This document shows positions 25,985-36,043 of a stretch of 42,290 nt of DNA, in pieces. The translations under genes were made by a program, and so were the position numbers. This DNA is from Abditibacteriaceae bacterium (lineage in GTDB: Bacteria; Armatimonadota; Abditibacteriia; Abditibacteriales; Abditibacteriaceae): contig JANPJS010000150.1 in the NCBI GenBank assembly GCA_031425655.1, forward strand, positions 1 to 42,290, in the 5' to 3' direction. How positions within the stretch are numbered: position 1 is the stretch's first letter; the number at the start of each line of letters is the position of its first letter. The notes under the pieces were generated by a model. It was not told where the DNA came from, searched no databases, and saw nothing but the letters and a program-made list of their open reading frames with translations.

Positions 25985-27994
25985 TCATTCTACATTCTGT
26001 CGCACGCGAATTTCGCGCGCGGCGCCCTCGGCGACTTTGAACGGCACTTTGAGGCGTAGCGCGCGGACTTTGCAGACGCCGCCGGCATCGGTGCAATAAA
26101 ACAGGCCCGCCGACACGAAAATCGTGCCTTCACCGTTTTGTGCGGCTTCAATCGGCACGCGCAGCGGCAAGATCACGGATTTGTCGCGCAGGTCGGTTTT
26201 GCCGACTTTGGCGCCGTTTCCTTCGACGCGCAGTTGCACGCGTTGCGGCGCGTCCGCGTTGAGATGATGGCCTGCAGGCAGCGCGAAATCGAGCACGAGT
26301 TCGCTTTTGCCGGGGGCGACGGTTTGCGCGGCCAGCGTAATTGTGCCGTCTTCGGGGTTGATCGGGCGAATCGGGCGGTCGGGTTCGGCGGGCGCCGGCT
26401 GCGGCACGTTTTGCAGCGCGAAAGTCGTCGCGCTTTTAGAGCCAAAATCAACCGCGCGGATTTTGTGATTGTTAGTGTCGGCGACGAAAAGTGTGTCGCC
26501 GGAAAACGCAATTCCGCCCGGCTCGTAGAATTTCGGCTGCGCGCCGTCCGCATCGCCTTTGCTGCCCAGCCACGTTTTCACTTCGCCGGTTTTGGGGTCG
26601 AGCGTTTTGATTTTGGAATTGTAAGTGTCGGCGACGTAAAGCAGGCCATCCTTGAACGCCAAACCGAGCGGATGCTGCAAACGCACCGCGTTGCCCTGCC
26701 CGTCTTTGTCGCCGAAATCGAACAAGTCGCCGCCGGCTAAAGTGCGGACTTTGTCACCAGTTCCGGGCAAATCTACGGCGCGAATGGCGCTGATTTCGCT
26801 GTCGGCCACGAAGAGAACTTTGCCATCGGTAGCAAGGCCCGAAGGCTGCGCGAAAGCCGCAGAACTGAGCGTGCCATCGGTGCGCGCTTCGCGGCCCGAA
26901 CCGGCGTAAGGCGCGAACTGCTGCGTTTTCAAATTCATGCGCCAGATTTGATGCGGCCCGGCCATCGCGATGAATAATTCGCCGCCGTGCAGCAGCACGT
27001 CCCACGGCGAAGCCAATGCCGCGCGTGTGCCGGTTCCGCCTTTGCTGCCCCACGCGGCCTGTTGTCCGGTTCCGGCGATGGTTGTGACGGTCGCTTTCAT
27101 CAAATCAAGGGCGCGAATCGCGTGATTGTTGGTGTCGGCGACGTAAAGCGTGAGGTTGTCGCCGTCGCGTTTGAGCGCCATGCCTTGCGGATTCGAGAAC
27201 TGCGCTTCGGTGAAGGCGCCGTCTTCCAAACCGCGTTGTCCGCTGCCTGCAACCGCGACGAGTTTGCCGTCCTTATCGCTGATAATAATGCGGTTGTGAT
27301 TGGAATCGGCGGTGAAAACGAAGCCGGATTTGGCATCCGCTAACACTTTTCCGGGATACCAGAGCGTGGTTTGCGGCGCTTTGGCGGCGTCCAAAGCCAA
27401 TTTCAGCGGCGTTTCGTCGAGCAAGCCTTTATCGCGGAATTGCTTGGCGACTTTGCCGATGGTTTTGTCGAGAATGTCATAGTTTCCCTCGCCCGAAACC
27501 GTGCCGACGACGCGCGCAGCCGGGTCAATCAGCACTAAAGTCGGCCAGGCGCGCACCGCGTATTCTTCCCAGACGCGCATATTTTGATCCACCAAAATCG
27601 GATGCTGGATATTGTAGCGCTGCACGGCGTTGCGGATGTTTTCGGCGTCCTGCTCGTGAGCGAACTTGGCCGAATGAACGCTGATAATCACCAGTTCTTT
27701 GGCGTATTTGGTCTCCAACTTGTGCAAATCCGGCAGGATGTGCATACAGTTGATGCAGCCATACGTCCAGAAATCGAGAAGCACGATTTTGCCCTTCAAC
27801 GCGCGCAGCGACAGCGGTTTGTCCACGTTAAGCCATTGAAATGTGGCGGGAAATTCGGGGGCGCGCAGATTGTCGCCTTGCGCTATCGCAGAAGCCATCA
27901 GCTTTTCTCCTTGCGGCATTTTCGGATGAGACAAAACGCCGACCGCCAGTAATAAACCTAAAATCGAAGTCAGTGATCGAAGCGAACTTTTCAT
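25985..27994 (-). CDS. Thioredoxin-like plus NHL-repeat protein (NHLRC2-like), probably secreted
   Basis: LLDFWTYGCINC, HSAKF, repeated VADT.N..IR NHL motifs, N-terminal hydrophobic signal. Confidence 0.9.
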   Translation of the reverse strand: MKSSLRSLTSILGLLLAVGVLSHPKMPQGEKLMASAIAQGDNLRAPEFPATFQWLNVDKPLSLRALKGKIVLLDFWTYGCINCMHILPDLHKLETKYAKELVIISVHSAKFAHEQDAENIRNAVQRYNIQHPILVDQNMRVWEEYAVRAWPTLVLIDPAARVVGTVSGEGNYDILDKTIGKVAKQFRDKGLLDETPLKLALDAAKAPQTTLWYPGKVLADAKSGFVFTADSNHNRIIISDKDGKLVAVAGSGQRGLEDGAFTEAQFSNPQGMALKRDGDNLTLYVADTNNHAIRALDLMKATVTTIAGTGQQAAWGSKGGTGTRAALASPWDVLLHGGELFIAMAGPHQIWRMNLKTQQFAPYAGSGREARTDGTLSSAAFAQPSGLATDGKVLFVADSEISAIRAVDLPGTGDKVRTLAGGDLFDFGDKDGQGNAVRLQHPLGLAFKDGLLYVADTYNSKIKTLDPKTGEVKTWLGSKGDADGAQPKFYEPGGIAFSGDTLFVADTNNHKIRAVDFGSKSATTFALQNVPQPAPAEPDRPIRPINPEDGTITLAAQTVAPGKSELVLDFALPAGHHLNADAPQRVQLRVEGNGAKVGKTDLRDKSVILPLRVPIEAAQNGEGTIFVSAGLFYCTDAGGVCKVRALRLKVPFKVAEGAAREIRVRQNVE

Positions 27995-28102
27995 GCTCTT
28001 TTAATGCCTCGCAAAGCGTAAAAGTTCCCCTGAATCGGCCTGTGATCGTTAATTGAAAGCACCCCGCGCAGAGGGCTAATCGCATATAATTTTGTTCGCC
28101 TT

Positions 28103-29818
28103 ATGCCCCGCTCCGCGCGCTCTTTTCGGTCTTTTCGCTCCACGCTTTTGCCGCAATTAGTCTGGGCCATGCTGTGGCTCGGCCTGACGCTGGGCACCGG
28201 CACACCGCAGGCCGCGCTGCGATGCGGGCCGAAAATCGTCAACTACGGCGCAGCGCTGCTGTTTTTGCTGTTCGCTTTCACGCACGTCGTCGGACGCACG
28301 CCCAAAGGCCGTCCGATTCTGCTTTTCACCGGCTTGATGCGCGCGTGCGGCACGGCGCCCGTCGCGCTGTGGCTGGCGGCGACGTTATGGATTGGCGGCT
28401 TCGCGTGGTCGGTGGCGCAAGCGACGATGCCGCGTCTGGCGCTGGAAAAAGCCGGCGAATTCGGTTGGCGACTGCTGCTTTGCGCTCTTGTTTTCGGCTA
28501 CGCCGCACAAGGCTGGCGCCGCTTACGCCGGGTGTTGGGCGGCATTATGGTAGCTGGCGACGGCGTGCTGCTGTTGTTTTGCGTCGGACAAGCGGCGCTG
28601 GTGTTTCCCAATCGCGTTTACGGCGTGCTTTACGCCGCGCTGTTGCTGCCTTTAGCCGTCTGGGAAGCCGGGCGCACGCGCCGCTCCGAACATCCGGCGG
28701 CGTTGACCGCTTACTTTTGGAGCCGGCTGCGCATCGCGTTATTGTTGCTGTTTTTCGCGCTCTCGCTGCCGCCGTTTTCGACGTGGACGGGATTGGGCGC
28801 GGCTTGGCCGGGCGTTCAAAGCCTCGCCGGGCAAAAGCCTGTGTCGGGTTGGGGGCCGGGCGCCTTCGATTTCGTTTTCCCGCAGTTCATGGGCGAAACC
28901 ACGCCGCGTTTGCCCGGCTTGCTTTTTCCCGGCCTGTGGGCACGCATAGCCGTGGAAAGCGGCTGCCTTGCGATGCTGGGATTGCTATTTTGCGTAGTCG
29001 TCATCGTGGCGGGTGGCGCAGCCAAAAGCAGCGCGCATCGTGGTTTGGGCCGAGCGCTGCGCGTTTCCATCGCGCTTTTTCTGGTTTTCGGCCTGTGGCT
29101 TTCGCCGGACGGCGCGCCGGCTTTGCAGGTGACGTTTTTGGCTTTGCTGGCGCTGATGGCGGCGCTGCGTTGGGGGCCGGGCCTGAGCGTTTACAGCGAA
29201 AAAGCGTGGCCGCACGAACGAAAAGCACCCTTGTTGCGGCATAGCTCGCTCAGTTGCGCCTTCGCCTTGTTTTTCACTTTGGCCGGACTCGGCTTCGCGT
29301 GCTGGCGCGTGCCGGCAGCGCTGCGCCAAACACGCGCTCACTGGTTAGACGATCAAAGTCAGGCGCAAAGCGTGGCGCAAAGCGATCCTGAAGCGCAGTT
29401 AAAACTGCTGCGCGCCGCCATCGCCGCCGACCCCAATCAGCCGGCTTATTGGATTCACTTGGCGCAGGCCCGTTTGCAGCGTGACGGGTTGGCTTCGGCG
29501 CGTGTTGGGGCCAGTTATTTGCGAGTCGCCTTAGATCGCGCCGTGCCGCACGCACAGGCGCCGGACGCCGCATTGTGGCACCAAATCGCGCAACTGGCCT
29601 ACCAAGCCGGCGACTACGACCGCGCGCTGTTGATGGCGCAGCGCGCGGTGCATTACGACCCGTTTTGCAGCGATTATCGCTTGTTTTTGGCGGATTGCTA
29701 CCTTAGAGACGGCGCGCGAATCAAAGCCGAAACCGAGCGGCAAATCGCGCTGCGCTGCCTGAACAACGCTCCGGCGCACCCGGCGCATCGCTATCTCCGT
29801 CGCCTCAAAACAGACTGA
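28103..29818 (+). CDS. O-antigen ligase-like membrane protein with C-terminal TPR region
   Basis: Multiple TM helices, P..GWGPGAF...FP, AVESG; TPR-like helices at C-terminus. Confidence 0.62.
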   Translation: MPRSARSFRSFRSTLLPQLVWAMLWLGLTLGTGTPQAALRCGPKIVNYGAALLFLLFAFTHVVGRTPKGRPILLFTGLMRACGTAPVALWLAATLWIGGFAWSVAQATMPRLALEKAGEFGWRLLLCALVFGYAAQGWRRLRRVLGGIMVAGDGVLLLFCVGQAALVFPNRVYGVLYAALLLPLAVWEAGRTRRSEHPAALTAYFWSRLRIALLLLFFALSLPPFSTWTGLGAAWPGVQSLAGQKPVSGWGPGAFDFVFPQFMGETTPRLPGLLFPGLWARIAVESGCLAMLGLLFCVVVIVAGGAAKSSAHRGLGRALRVSIALFLVFGLWLSPDGAPALQVTFLALLALMAALRWGPGLSVYSEKAWPHERKAPLLRHSSLSCAFALFFTLAGLGFACWRVPAALRQTRAHWLDDQSQAQSVAQSDPEAQLKLLRAAIAADPNQPAYWIHLAQARLQRDGLASARVGASYLRVALDRAVPHAQAPDAALWHQIAQLAYQAGDYDRALLMAQRAVHYDPFCSDYRLFLADCYLRDGARIKAETERQIALRCLNNAPAHPAHRYLRRLKTD

Positions 29819-29847
29819 TAAACTGCACCTCAAGCACTGGCATCAGG

Positions 29848-29995
29848 TTTTCAATGGAACACGGAGCTTCGCTTCGCGGAAACGACACAGATTTTCACGG
29901 TTACAACACAGAAAATCAGTTTGGGCAAGTTGCCTTAAAAAATCCGTGTTAATCCGTGTCGTTTCCGCGAAGCGAAGCTCCGTGTTCCATTAAAA
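29848..29995. repeat. Palindromic element (AATGGAACACGGAGCTTCGC family)
   Basis: aatggaacacggagcttcgcttcgcggaaacgacac ... gtgtcgtttccgcgaagcgaagctccgtgttccatt. Confidence 0.88.
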
Positions 29996-30030
29996 ACGCT
30001 ATATCCGCCCGATTAAAGAAGGATTCTCCC

Positions 30031-32685
30031 ATGACGCGAGAACGCATTGTCGCGCCCGAAGCGACCGCAGACGAAACCGAATGGAACTGGGGCTTGCGGC
30101 CTCGGCGCCTGGACGAATATGTCGGCCAACTGGAAACCGTCGAACGCTTAAAAATCGCCATCGAAGCGACCAAAGCGCGCGGCGAAACGCTCGATCATCT
30201 GCTTTTGCATGGCCCGCCGGGTTTGGGCAAATGCATCACGGCGGACAGCTTGATTCTCACAGACGGTGGTTTGATCAAGTTCGCCGATTTCATCCCGCCG
30301 GACATGGAGCCTGAATCTGCGAAGCCGGTTGAGGCGTGCGTTTACGGCCTGAAAGGTTTGGAAGCGGCCTCGCACGTTTACGCCAGCGGGCGCGTGCCGA
30401 CGCGAAAAGTCGCCACGCGCTCCGGCTTCAAAATCGAGGGCACGCATCGCCATCCTTTATTGGTGGCCACGCCGCATGGCCCGCAATGGAAGCCGCTGGG
30501 CACACTGAGTCCGGGCGATTACGTCGCCGTCGCGCGCGGCTGCGAGGTTTGGGGGCCGCGTCAGGTCACAACATGGATGCCGGACGCCAATTGGCATCGG
30601 CGGCGACGCAGCGAAGCCATCGTTACGCACTTGCACGCCACCTTATCGCAAACCCTGCAACGGCCTCCGGCTACAATTGAATTACGCAGCGCTTACGCCG
30701 AAGTCTGCGGCGGAGGCGCAACGCCCACGCCCGAACGCACCGCACAGCGTTTGGGTTTGATGCTGACCGATGGACGCAAAGTGCCGACAGCCATGCGGAA
30801 CGGCGCGACTTTGCCCCGCCCCGCTTTTCTGCCGGATGGACTCTTGGACGCACCGCACCCGCTGGAATTAAACGCTGACCTCGCTTATTTAATGGGCGCA
30901 TTTATCGGCGACGGGCACATGGAAAAGGGCGCCAACGCCCCAGCCTTCACCATCACCTGCGACGAAAGCGAAATGCAAAGCGAATTGCAGCGCGTCAGCC
31001 TCGCCTGCTTTGGCGCGGCGCCGATTGTGAACCATTATGATGAGCGCGCCGCCAATTTGCGTTGGAGCCAGAACATCGGCAAAGCTTTGCTGAATCTGGG
31101 TCTGAGTTCGGCGGGCGCTTTTGACAAAACCGTTCCATCCGGCATTTTGCGCGGCCCACGCGACGCCGCGATTGGCTTTTTGCAAGGCTTATTCGACGCC
31201 GACGGTTATGCCACCGACGATGGCGTCGGACTTGGCAGCCGCTCCGAACAGCTAACGCGCCAAACGCAATTACTGCTGCTGAACTTGGGCATCGTGGCGC
31301 ACCGCACCTGCAAAGAGGCGCACGGCGCCGCTTTTTGGATGCTGTTCATGGGCGGCAAAGACGCGCTGCTGTTTCACGACATCGTGAGCTTTCGCCTGAC
31401 GCGCAAAAGCGCGCGACGGGAAACCACAAAGATCACCGGCGACGGCTGGTGTCGCAGTGACTTGGTGCCGGGCGCTAATCCTTTGCTGCATTCACTGCTT
31501 AAAAAATCGGGGCCGCATCCGCGCGCCGTTCACAAAACATTCGACCACGCCAAACGCGACGACCGCGTGCCGACGCGCCGGAAAATCGAGGCGCATCTCA
31601 ATCTGCTGCCCGACGCCGCGCAACGCGAACCGGAATTCGCGGCGTTGCGCGCCCTGATGAACCCGCAATTCCACTGGGATCGCGTCGAGAGTTTGGACGA
31701 AAGCGAGGCCGAAGCCTTCGATTTCGTGGTGCCGGGCACGCATTCGTTCGTGGCCAACGGCTTTTTCAACCATAACACCACATTGGGATTTATCATCGCC
31801 GAAGAATTGGGGCGCGATATTTCCCTGACCAGCGGGCCGTCGCTGGAACGCCCCGCCGACTTGATGCCGTTTCTCATCAACGCCAAAGAAGGCGACATCA
31901 TTTTCATTGACGAAATTCATCGTTTGCCGCGCATCGTCGAAGAATTTCTGTATTCGGCGATGGAAGACTGGGTCGTCAATTTCACGCTGGATAAAGGGCT
32001 TTATTCCAAGCCTTTGCCGATTCGCTTGTCGAAATTCACGCTCATCGGCGCCACCACGCGCCCGGCCATTCTCACGCGGCCTCTGCGCGACCGCTTCGGC
32101 ATTCAACAGCATCTCGATTTCTACAACGTCGAAGATTTGACGACCATCGCGCGGCGTTCGGCGAAATTGCTGGACACGGAAATGGATTTGGAAGGCGCCA
32201 AAGAACTCGCGCGGCGTTCGCGCGGCACGCCGCGCATTGTCAACCGCCTGCTTCGCCGCGTGCGCGACTTCGCTCAAGTGCGCGCCGACGGCACGATTTC
32301 GCACGATGTCGCCAACGACGCGCTGAAACTCGAAGGCATTGACGCGCTCGGCCTCGACCGCCTCGATCACGCCGTGCTGCGCGTGATTAAAGATGTTTAC
32401 AATGGCGGCCCGGTCGGCAAAGAAGCCTTAGCCGCCACGCTCAACGAAGAAACCGACACCATCGAAGACGTAGTTGAGCCTTATCTTTTGAAAATCGGCT
32501 TTCTCGCGCGCACTCCGCAAGGCCGCCGCATCACGCGCCAAGCCTACGAATATCTGGGCGAAACCCCGCCCGCCACGGCGTTTCAAGCCCAGCCGTCGCT
32601 GTGGGAAGAAGTGCGCGATGCTGAGCCGAATTTGAAAGCGCGGAGTAAATCTAAATCTCCGAAGGAGATTGATGAAACTTATTAA
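30031..32685 (+). CDS. ruvB: Holliday junction branch migration helicase RuvB, intein-containing
   Basis: LRP..L.EY.GQ, GPPGLGK|TT, TSGP, FIDEIHRL, LIGATTR, PLRDRFG, SRGTPR, GGPVG, EPYL, RTPQGR. Confidence 0.95.
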   Translation: MTRERIVAPEATADETEWNWGLRPRRLDEYVGQLETVERLKIAIEATKARGETLDHLLLHGPPGLGKCITADSLILTDGGLIKFADFIPPDMEPESAKPVEACVYGLKGLEAASHVYASGRVPTRKVATRSGFKIEGTHRHPLLVATPHGPQWKPLGTLSPGDYVAVARGCEVWGPRQVTTWMPDANWHRRRRSEAIVTHLHATLSQTLQRPPATIELRSAYAEVCGGGATPTPERTAQRLGLMLTDGRKVPTAMRNGATLPRPAFLPDGLLDAPHPLELNADLAYLMGAFIGDGHMEKGANAPAFTITCDESEMQSELQRVSLACFGAAPIVNHYDERAANLRWSQNIGKALLNLGLSSAGAFDKTVPSGILRGPRDAAIGFLQGLFDADGYATDDGVGLGSRSEQLTRQTQLLLLNLGIVAHRTCKEAHGAAFWMLFMGGKDALLFHDIVSFRLTRKSARRETTKITGDGWCRSDLVPGANPLLHSLLKKSGPHPRAVHKTFDHAKRDDRVPTRRKIEAHLNLLPDAAQREPEFAALRALMNPQFHWDRVESLDESEAEAFDFVVPGTHSFVANGFFNHNTTLGFIIAEELGRDISLTSGPSLERPADLMPFLINAKEGDIIFIDEIHRLPRIVEEFLYSAMEDWVVNFTLDKGLYSKPLPIRLSKFTLIGATTRPAILTRPLRDRFGIQQHLDFYNVEDLTTIARRSAKLLDTEMDLEGAKELARRSRGTPRIVNRLLRRVRDFAQVRADGTISHDVANDALKLEGIDALGLDRLDHAVLRVIKDVYNGGPVGKEALAATLNEETDTIEDVVEPYLLKIGFLARTPQGRRITRQAYEYLGETPPATAFQAQPSLWEEVRDAEPNLKARSKSKSPKEIDETY
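30232..31776 (+). mobile_element. Intein (515 aa) with LAGLIDADG homing endonuclease, inserted in the RuvB Walker A motif
   Basis: Starts CITADS after GK; block B GTHRHPL; LMGAFIGDG and FLQGLFDADG; ends FVANGFFNHN then Thr+1. Confidence 0.95.
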
Positions 32686-32712
32686 TCGAATCCCCAGTTA
32701 CACTTGCAGTCA

Positions 32713-33840
32713 ATGAAGTCTTGTATGCCAAAATCCACCACAAAATTCGACTTCGTCGACTTATTCGCCGGAATCGGCGGCTTTCGCCTTGCATTTGAAA
32801 GTCTCGGCGCGAACTGTGTATTTTCGTCGGAGTGGGATAAATATGCACAGGAAACCTATCAGGCGAACTTTGGCGAGTGCCCCTCCGGCGACATCACTCA
32901 ACTCATTCCGAAAGAAATTCCAAGACACGATATCCTCACGGCGGGTTTTCCCTGCCAGCCTTTTTCCATTGCTGGAGTCTCGAAAGCGAATGCTCTGGGC
33001 CGGGCGCATGGTTTCGAGCATGAAACTCAAGGCACCCTTTTCTTCGATGTTTGCCGTATTATCGCTCATCACCAGCCGCGCGCCTTTCTGCTGGAAAACG
33101 TCCGCAACTTGGTTTCTCACGATAAAGGGAATACCTTTCGAGTGATTAGACGAACATTAGAGGAAGACCTCGGTTATCACGTTAAAGCTCAAATTCTGGA
33201 TGCGCGTAAAGTCGTGCCGCAGCATCGCGAACGCATTTACATTGTGGGATTTAGGGAGGTGACCAACTTTGACTTCCCATTAATTCCTGATTTAAAACCG
33301 CGACTGCGCGACATCCTTGAGCCAGAGGTTGACGGTAAATATACACTCAGCGACCACCTCTGGACTTATCTCCAAGACTACGCGGCAAAACACAAAGCAG
33401 CAGGCAACGGTTTCGGCTTTGGGCTGCCGGACTTTGAAGGCACAACGCGCACTCTTTCCGCCCGCTATTATAAAGACGGTTCTGAAATTCTGATCCAGCA
33501 ACCCGGAAAAAACCCACGCCGTTTAACTCCTCGCGAGTGCGCCAGGCTAATGGGGTTCCCTGATTGGTTTAAGATTCCAGTCAGCGACACACGCGCTTAC
33601 AAGCAGTTTGGCAACTCCGTCGTTGTGCCAGTCGTGCGATTACTTGCTCAACAGGTTCTCCAATGTCTGCAACACCAAAAGCCACTCGCCAACGGGCAGC
33701 TCCGCTTAATAGATGTGCCCAGACCAAAAGCCTCGACTGTGCCATTGTTCGACGAATCCGGCGACGAATCCGAAAGTGGGGGATGGAAAATTACCGAGAT
33801 TTCCCCTGGCGGAATCCGCGCCGTATCTGGCACGCGCTGA
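32713..33840 (+). CDS. dcm: DNA (cytosine-5)-methyltransferase, Dcm/M.EcoRII-like; start may be 32725
   Basis: [68 protein letters not shown]. Confidence 0.9.
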   Translation: MKSCMPKSTTKFDFVDLFAGIGGFRLAFESLGANCVFSSEWDKYAQETYQANFGECPSGDITQLIPKEIPRHDILTAGFPCQPFSIAGVSKANALGRAHGFEHETQGTLFFDVCRIIAHHQPRAFLLENVRNLVSHDKGNTFRVIRRTLEEDLGYHVKAQILDARKVVPQHRERIYIVGFREVTNFDFPLIPDLKPRLRDILEPEVDGKYTLSDHLWTYLQDYAAKHKAAGNGFGFGLPDFEGTTRTLSARYYKDGSEILIQQPGKNPRRLTPRECARLMGFPDWFKIPVSDTRAYKQFGNSVVVPVVRLLAQQVLQCLQHQKPLANGQLRLIDVPRPKASTVPLFDESGDESESGGWKITEISPGGIRAVSGTR

Positions 33841-34424
33841 TAGCCGAAGTGCTCTTGCAGCGCACGAGAGCAAAAAATGTCGTGCCCGTTTACGAAAAAT
33901 TCATCGCACGGTTTCCAGAAGCCGCTGATTTGAAAACGGCAAGTCTTGAGGAAATCGAAAGCCTGATTTATTCGCTTGGCCTGAAATGGCGGGCGCCTCT
34001 TCTAAAACAGCTTTGCGACCGCCTTGCCGCAACAAACGGCAAAATCCCCAACACTGTCGAAGCGTTGCTGCAATTACCAGCAGTCGGGCCATACGTTTCG
34101 GCAGCAATGATGAGTTTCCATTGCGGGAGACGCGGCTTAATAATTGATGTCAATGTAGTGCGGTGGCTTTGTCGCATGGTTGACAGGCCAATGGACGGCG
34201 AAACGAGACGCGATCTGTGGCTGATTGAATTAGCAGACAGCGTCACTCCCCGGCGTGAAGTGAAGCAGTTTAATTACGCGCTCCTCGATTTTTCGATGGA
34301 AATTTGCGCGAAGGTTCCAAAGTGCGAGCAGTGCCCTTTGCTTGACTTATGCGCTTATGGCCAGCGTCGAGGTCAAGCGCCTGACCCGGCCCCACGTTCA
34401 GAAAACTCTGGAGAAATCGTTTAA
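33663..34424 (+). CDS. HhH-GPD Fe-S DNA glycosylase, Mig-type (T/G mismatch) candidate
   Basis: RDFPWR, EVLLQRT, LPAVGPY, IDVNVVR, four-Cys Fe-S cluster [13 protein letters not shown]; no MutY C-terminal NUDIX-like domain. Confidence 0.82.
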   Translation: MSATPKATRQRAAPLNRCAQTKSLDCAIVRRIRRRIRKWGMENYRDFPWRNPRRIWHALIAEVLLQRTRAKNVVPVYEKFIARFPEAADLKTASLEEIESLIYSLGLKWRAPLLKQLCDRLAATNGKIPNTVEALLQLPAVGPYVSAAMMSFHCGRRGLIIDVNVVRWLCRMVDRPMDGETRRDLWLIELADSVTPRREVKQFNYALLDFSMEICAKVPKCEQCPLLDLCAYGQRRGQAPDPAPRSENSGEIV

Positions 34425-34425
34425 A

Positions 34426-35742
34426 ATGCCCATATCAAATTTACAGCAGATGCGTTCTGCTATGGCTCAAAACGGCGCTGAACAGATTTACGTCAAGCGC
34501 TTAGCAGCAAATGACAACTCTAAGCAGCAGGTGTATCTCGGCTCTGACTTCTCCACGCTAAACATTATTCCGCACGCAGAGATTATTGCCTGCCCGGAAC
34601 CTAAAGAGCCGAATTTTAAGGCGGCGCTTAACTTTTTCTGGATTACTCCTGAGGGTCAGGCAGAACCTGCACCACACGCACAGCTAATTCTTTATCCCGA
34701 TTACCCGGAAGTCCGATTATCAGGCTTTCTTCTGGGATGCCGAGAGAAGCCTTCTCAATTGATGCAAAACCGCGAAGCGGGGCGTCTGTTGTTTCTTGGT
34801 GTATCAAAAGACGGGCGCGTTTTGGCTTATGCCGCACCGCATGACAGCCCGATAGTTCAAGAACTGGATGCGCTCGGCCAATTGGAAACAAGTGGTGTTT
34901 TTCAGGTCATTGCTCCTCCAGAAGTATCCGTTACCGACACACGGGAAGCTCTTTTACAGGAATTAGGAAGAATTCATCGTCTGGGATGGGTTGCAGCGCA
35001 AAAGCTATCTACGGATGGGACCACGATTACTTACGCCGGACAGAACGGCGGAGGATTTACTTTGGAATCGTATCTCGGCATCGGTGCGAACAGCCGATCC
35101 GAACCTGATTATCTCGGATGGGAAGTGAAACAATACGCTGTCTCGAACCTGGCTTTTCCTGAACGTGGTAGCGCCATCACGCTCATGACCTCAGAGCCGA
35201 ATGGTGGCGTTTATTCAAGAGACTTCTCTCAATTCATGAGAACGTATGGCCGCATGAGCAGCAAGACACCCGACAGGATTGATTTCACGGGCAAGCACAT
35301 CGTCGGCGAGCAGAATAAAACTACGGGGCTGACTCTGGAATTGCGGGGTTACGACGTTGGCACCAACAAAATAACGGATATAAACGGCGGCTTGCATCTG
35401 GTGGACACACGCGGAGAATCGGCGGCGGCGTGGAACTTTAGCGGACTACTCGATCATTGGAGCCGGAAGCACAATCAGGCGGTATATGTTCCCTGTCAGA
35501 GTGACAAAGAATCCACAGGAAGCCGTTATCGCTATGGAGATACCGTTCGGCTGGGCGAAGGGACAGAAGCCCTTTTGTTCATTCGAGCCTTGTCTTCAGC
35601 GTGGGTTTATTATGATCCCGCGCCCAAAATAGAACAAGCGTCCAGCGTGCGCCCGAAAGCAAAACGCCGCAACCAGTTTCGGATTTTGTTCAGACACCTC
35701 AGCCCGCTTTACCACCAATTTACGATAGCCAGAGTGCTTTAA
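34426..35742 (+). CDS. MvaI/BcnI-family restriction endonuclease with N-terminal accessory domain
   Basis: G.TLE..LGI.ANS...PDY.GWEVKQ, ITLMT.EP, HW.RKH..AVYVP, RNQFR; N-terminal YVKRLAANDNSK.Q.Y. Confidence 0.8.
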   Translation: MPISNLQQMRSAMAQNGAEQIYVKRLAANDNSKQQVYLGSDFSTLNIIPHAEIIACPEPKEPNFKAALNFFWITPEGQAEPAPHAQLILYPDYPEVRLSGFLLGCREKPSQLMQNREAGRLLFLGVSKDGRVLAYAAPHDSPIVQELDALGQLETSGVFQVIAPPEVSVTDTREALLQELGRIHRLGWVAAQKLSTDGTTITYAGQNGGGFTLESYLGIGANSRSEPDYLGWEVKQYAVSNLAFPERGSAITLMTSEPNGGVYSRDFSQFMRTYGRMSSKTPDRIDFTGKHIVGEQNKTTGLTLELRGYDVGTNKITDINGGLHLVDTRGESAAAWNFSGLLDHWSRKHNQAVYVPCQSDKESTGSRYRYGDTVRLGEGTEALLFIRALSSAWVYYDPAPKIEQASSVRPKAKRRNQFRILFRHLSPLYHQFTIARVL

Positions 35743-35750
35743 GCAACGCA

Positions 35751-35784
35751 AAAACGCCCCGCGAAAATCTTCGCGGGGCGTTTT
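35751..35784. terminator. Bidirectional terminator, copy 1
   Basis: aaaacgccccgcgaa-aatc-ttcgcggggcgtttt. Confidence 0.8.
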
Positions 35785-36007
35785 GCTTTATGCGGTTTAC
35801 GGCGTTGGAGTGGCGGGTTTGCAGTGGGACAGAAAACGCCTCCCCAAATGGAAGGCGTTTTCGTTACTTTTTCTACGAGTGGTAGATAAGCTGATAATAA
35901 TTTTACCTCAATTCCCCCGTTGATAACTACGTCGCAGCGGTTTTGAAGCGGTTGATTAGACGCTGTTTCCCCTATCGGCGTTGCCTTCCGGCAGAGCCAA
36001 GCATCGT

Positions 36008-36043
36008 CAAAACGCCCCGCGAAGATTTTCGCGGGGCGTTTTG
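36008..36043. terminator. Bidirectional terminator, copy 2
   Basis: caaaacgccccgcgaa-gatt-ttcgcggggcgttttg. Confidence 0.75.

Noticed and set aside
28174..29244. 356-aa alternate-frame ORF, and similar long shadow ORFs such as 31492-32370 and 12690-13442
   Set aside because: They overlap well-supported genes, have composition typical of GC-rich shadow frames and show no motifs.
33663..34424. Housekeeping mutY call
   Set aside because: It lacks the C-terminal 8-oxoG recognition domain, has LQRT rather than LQQT, and lies within an RM operon.
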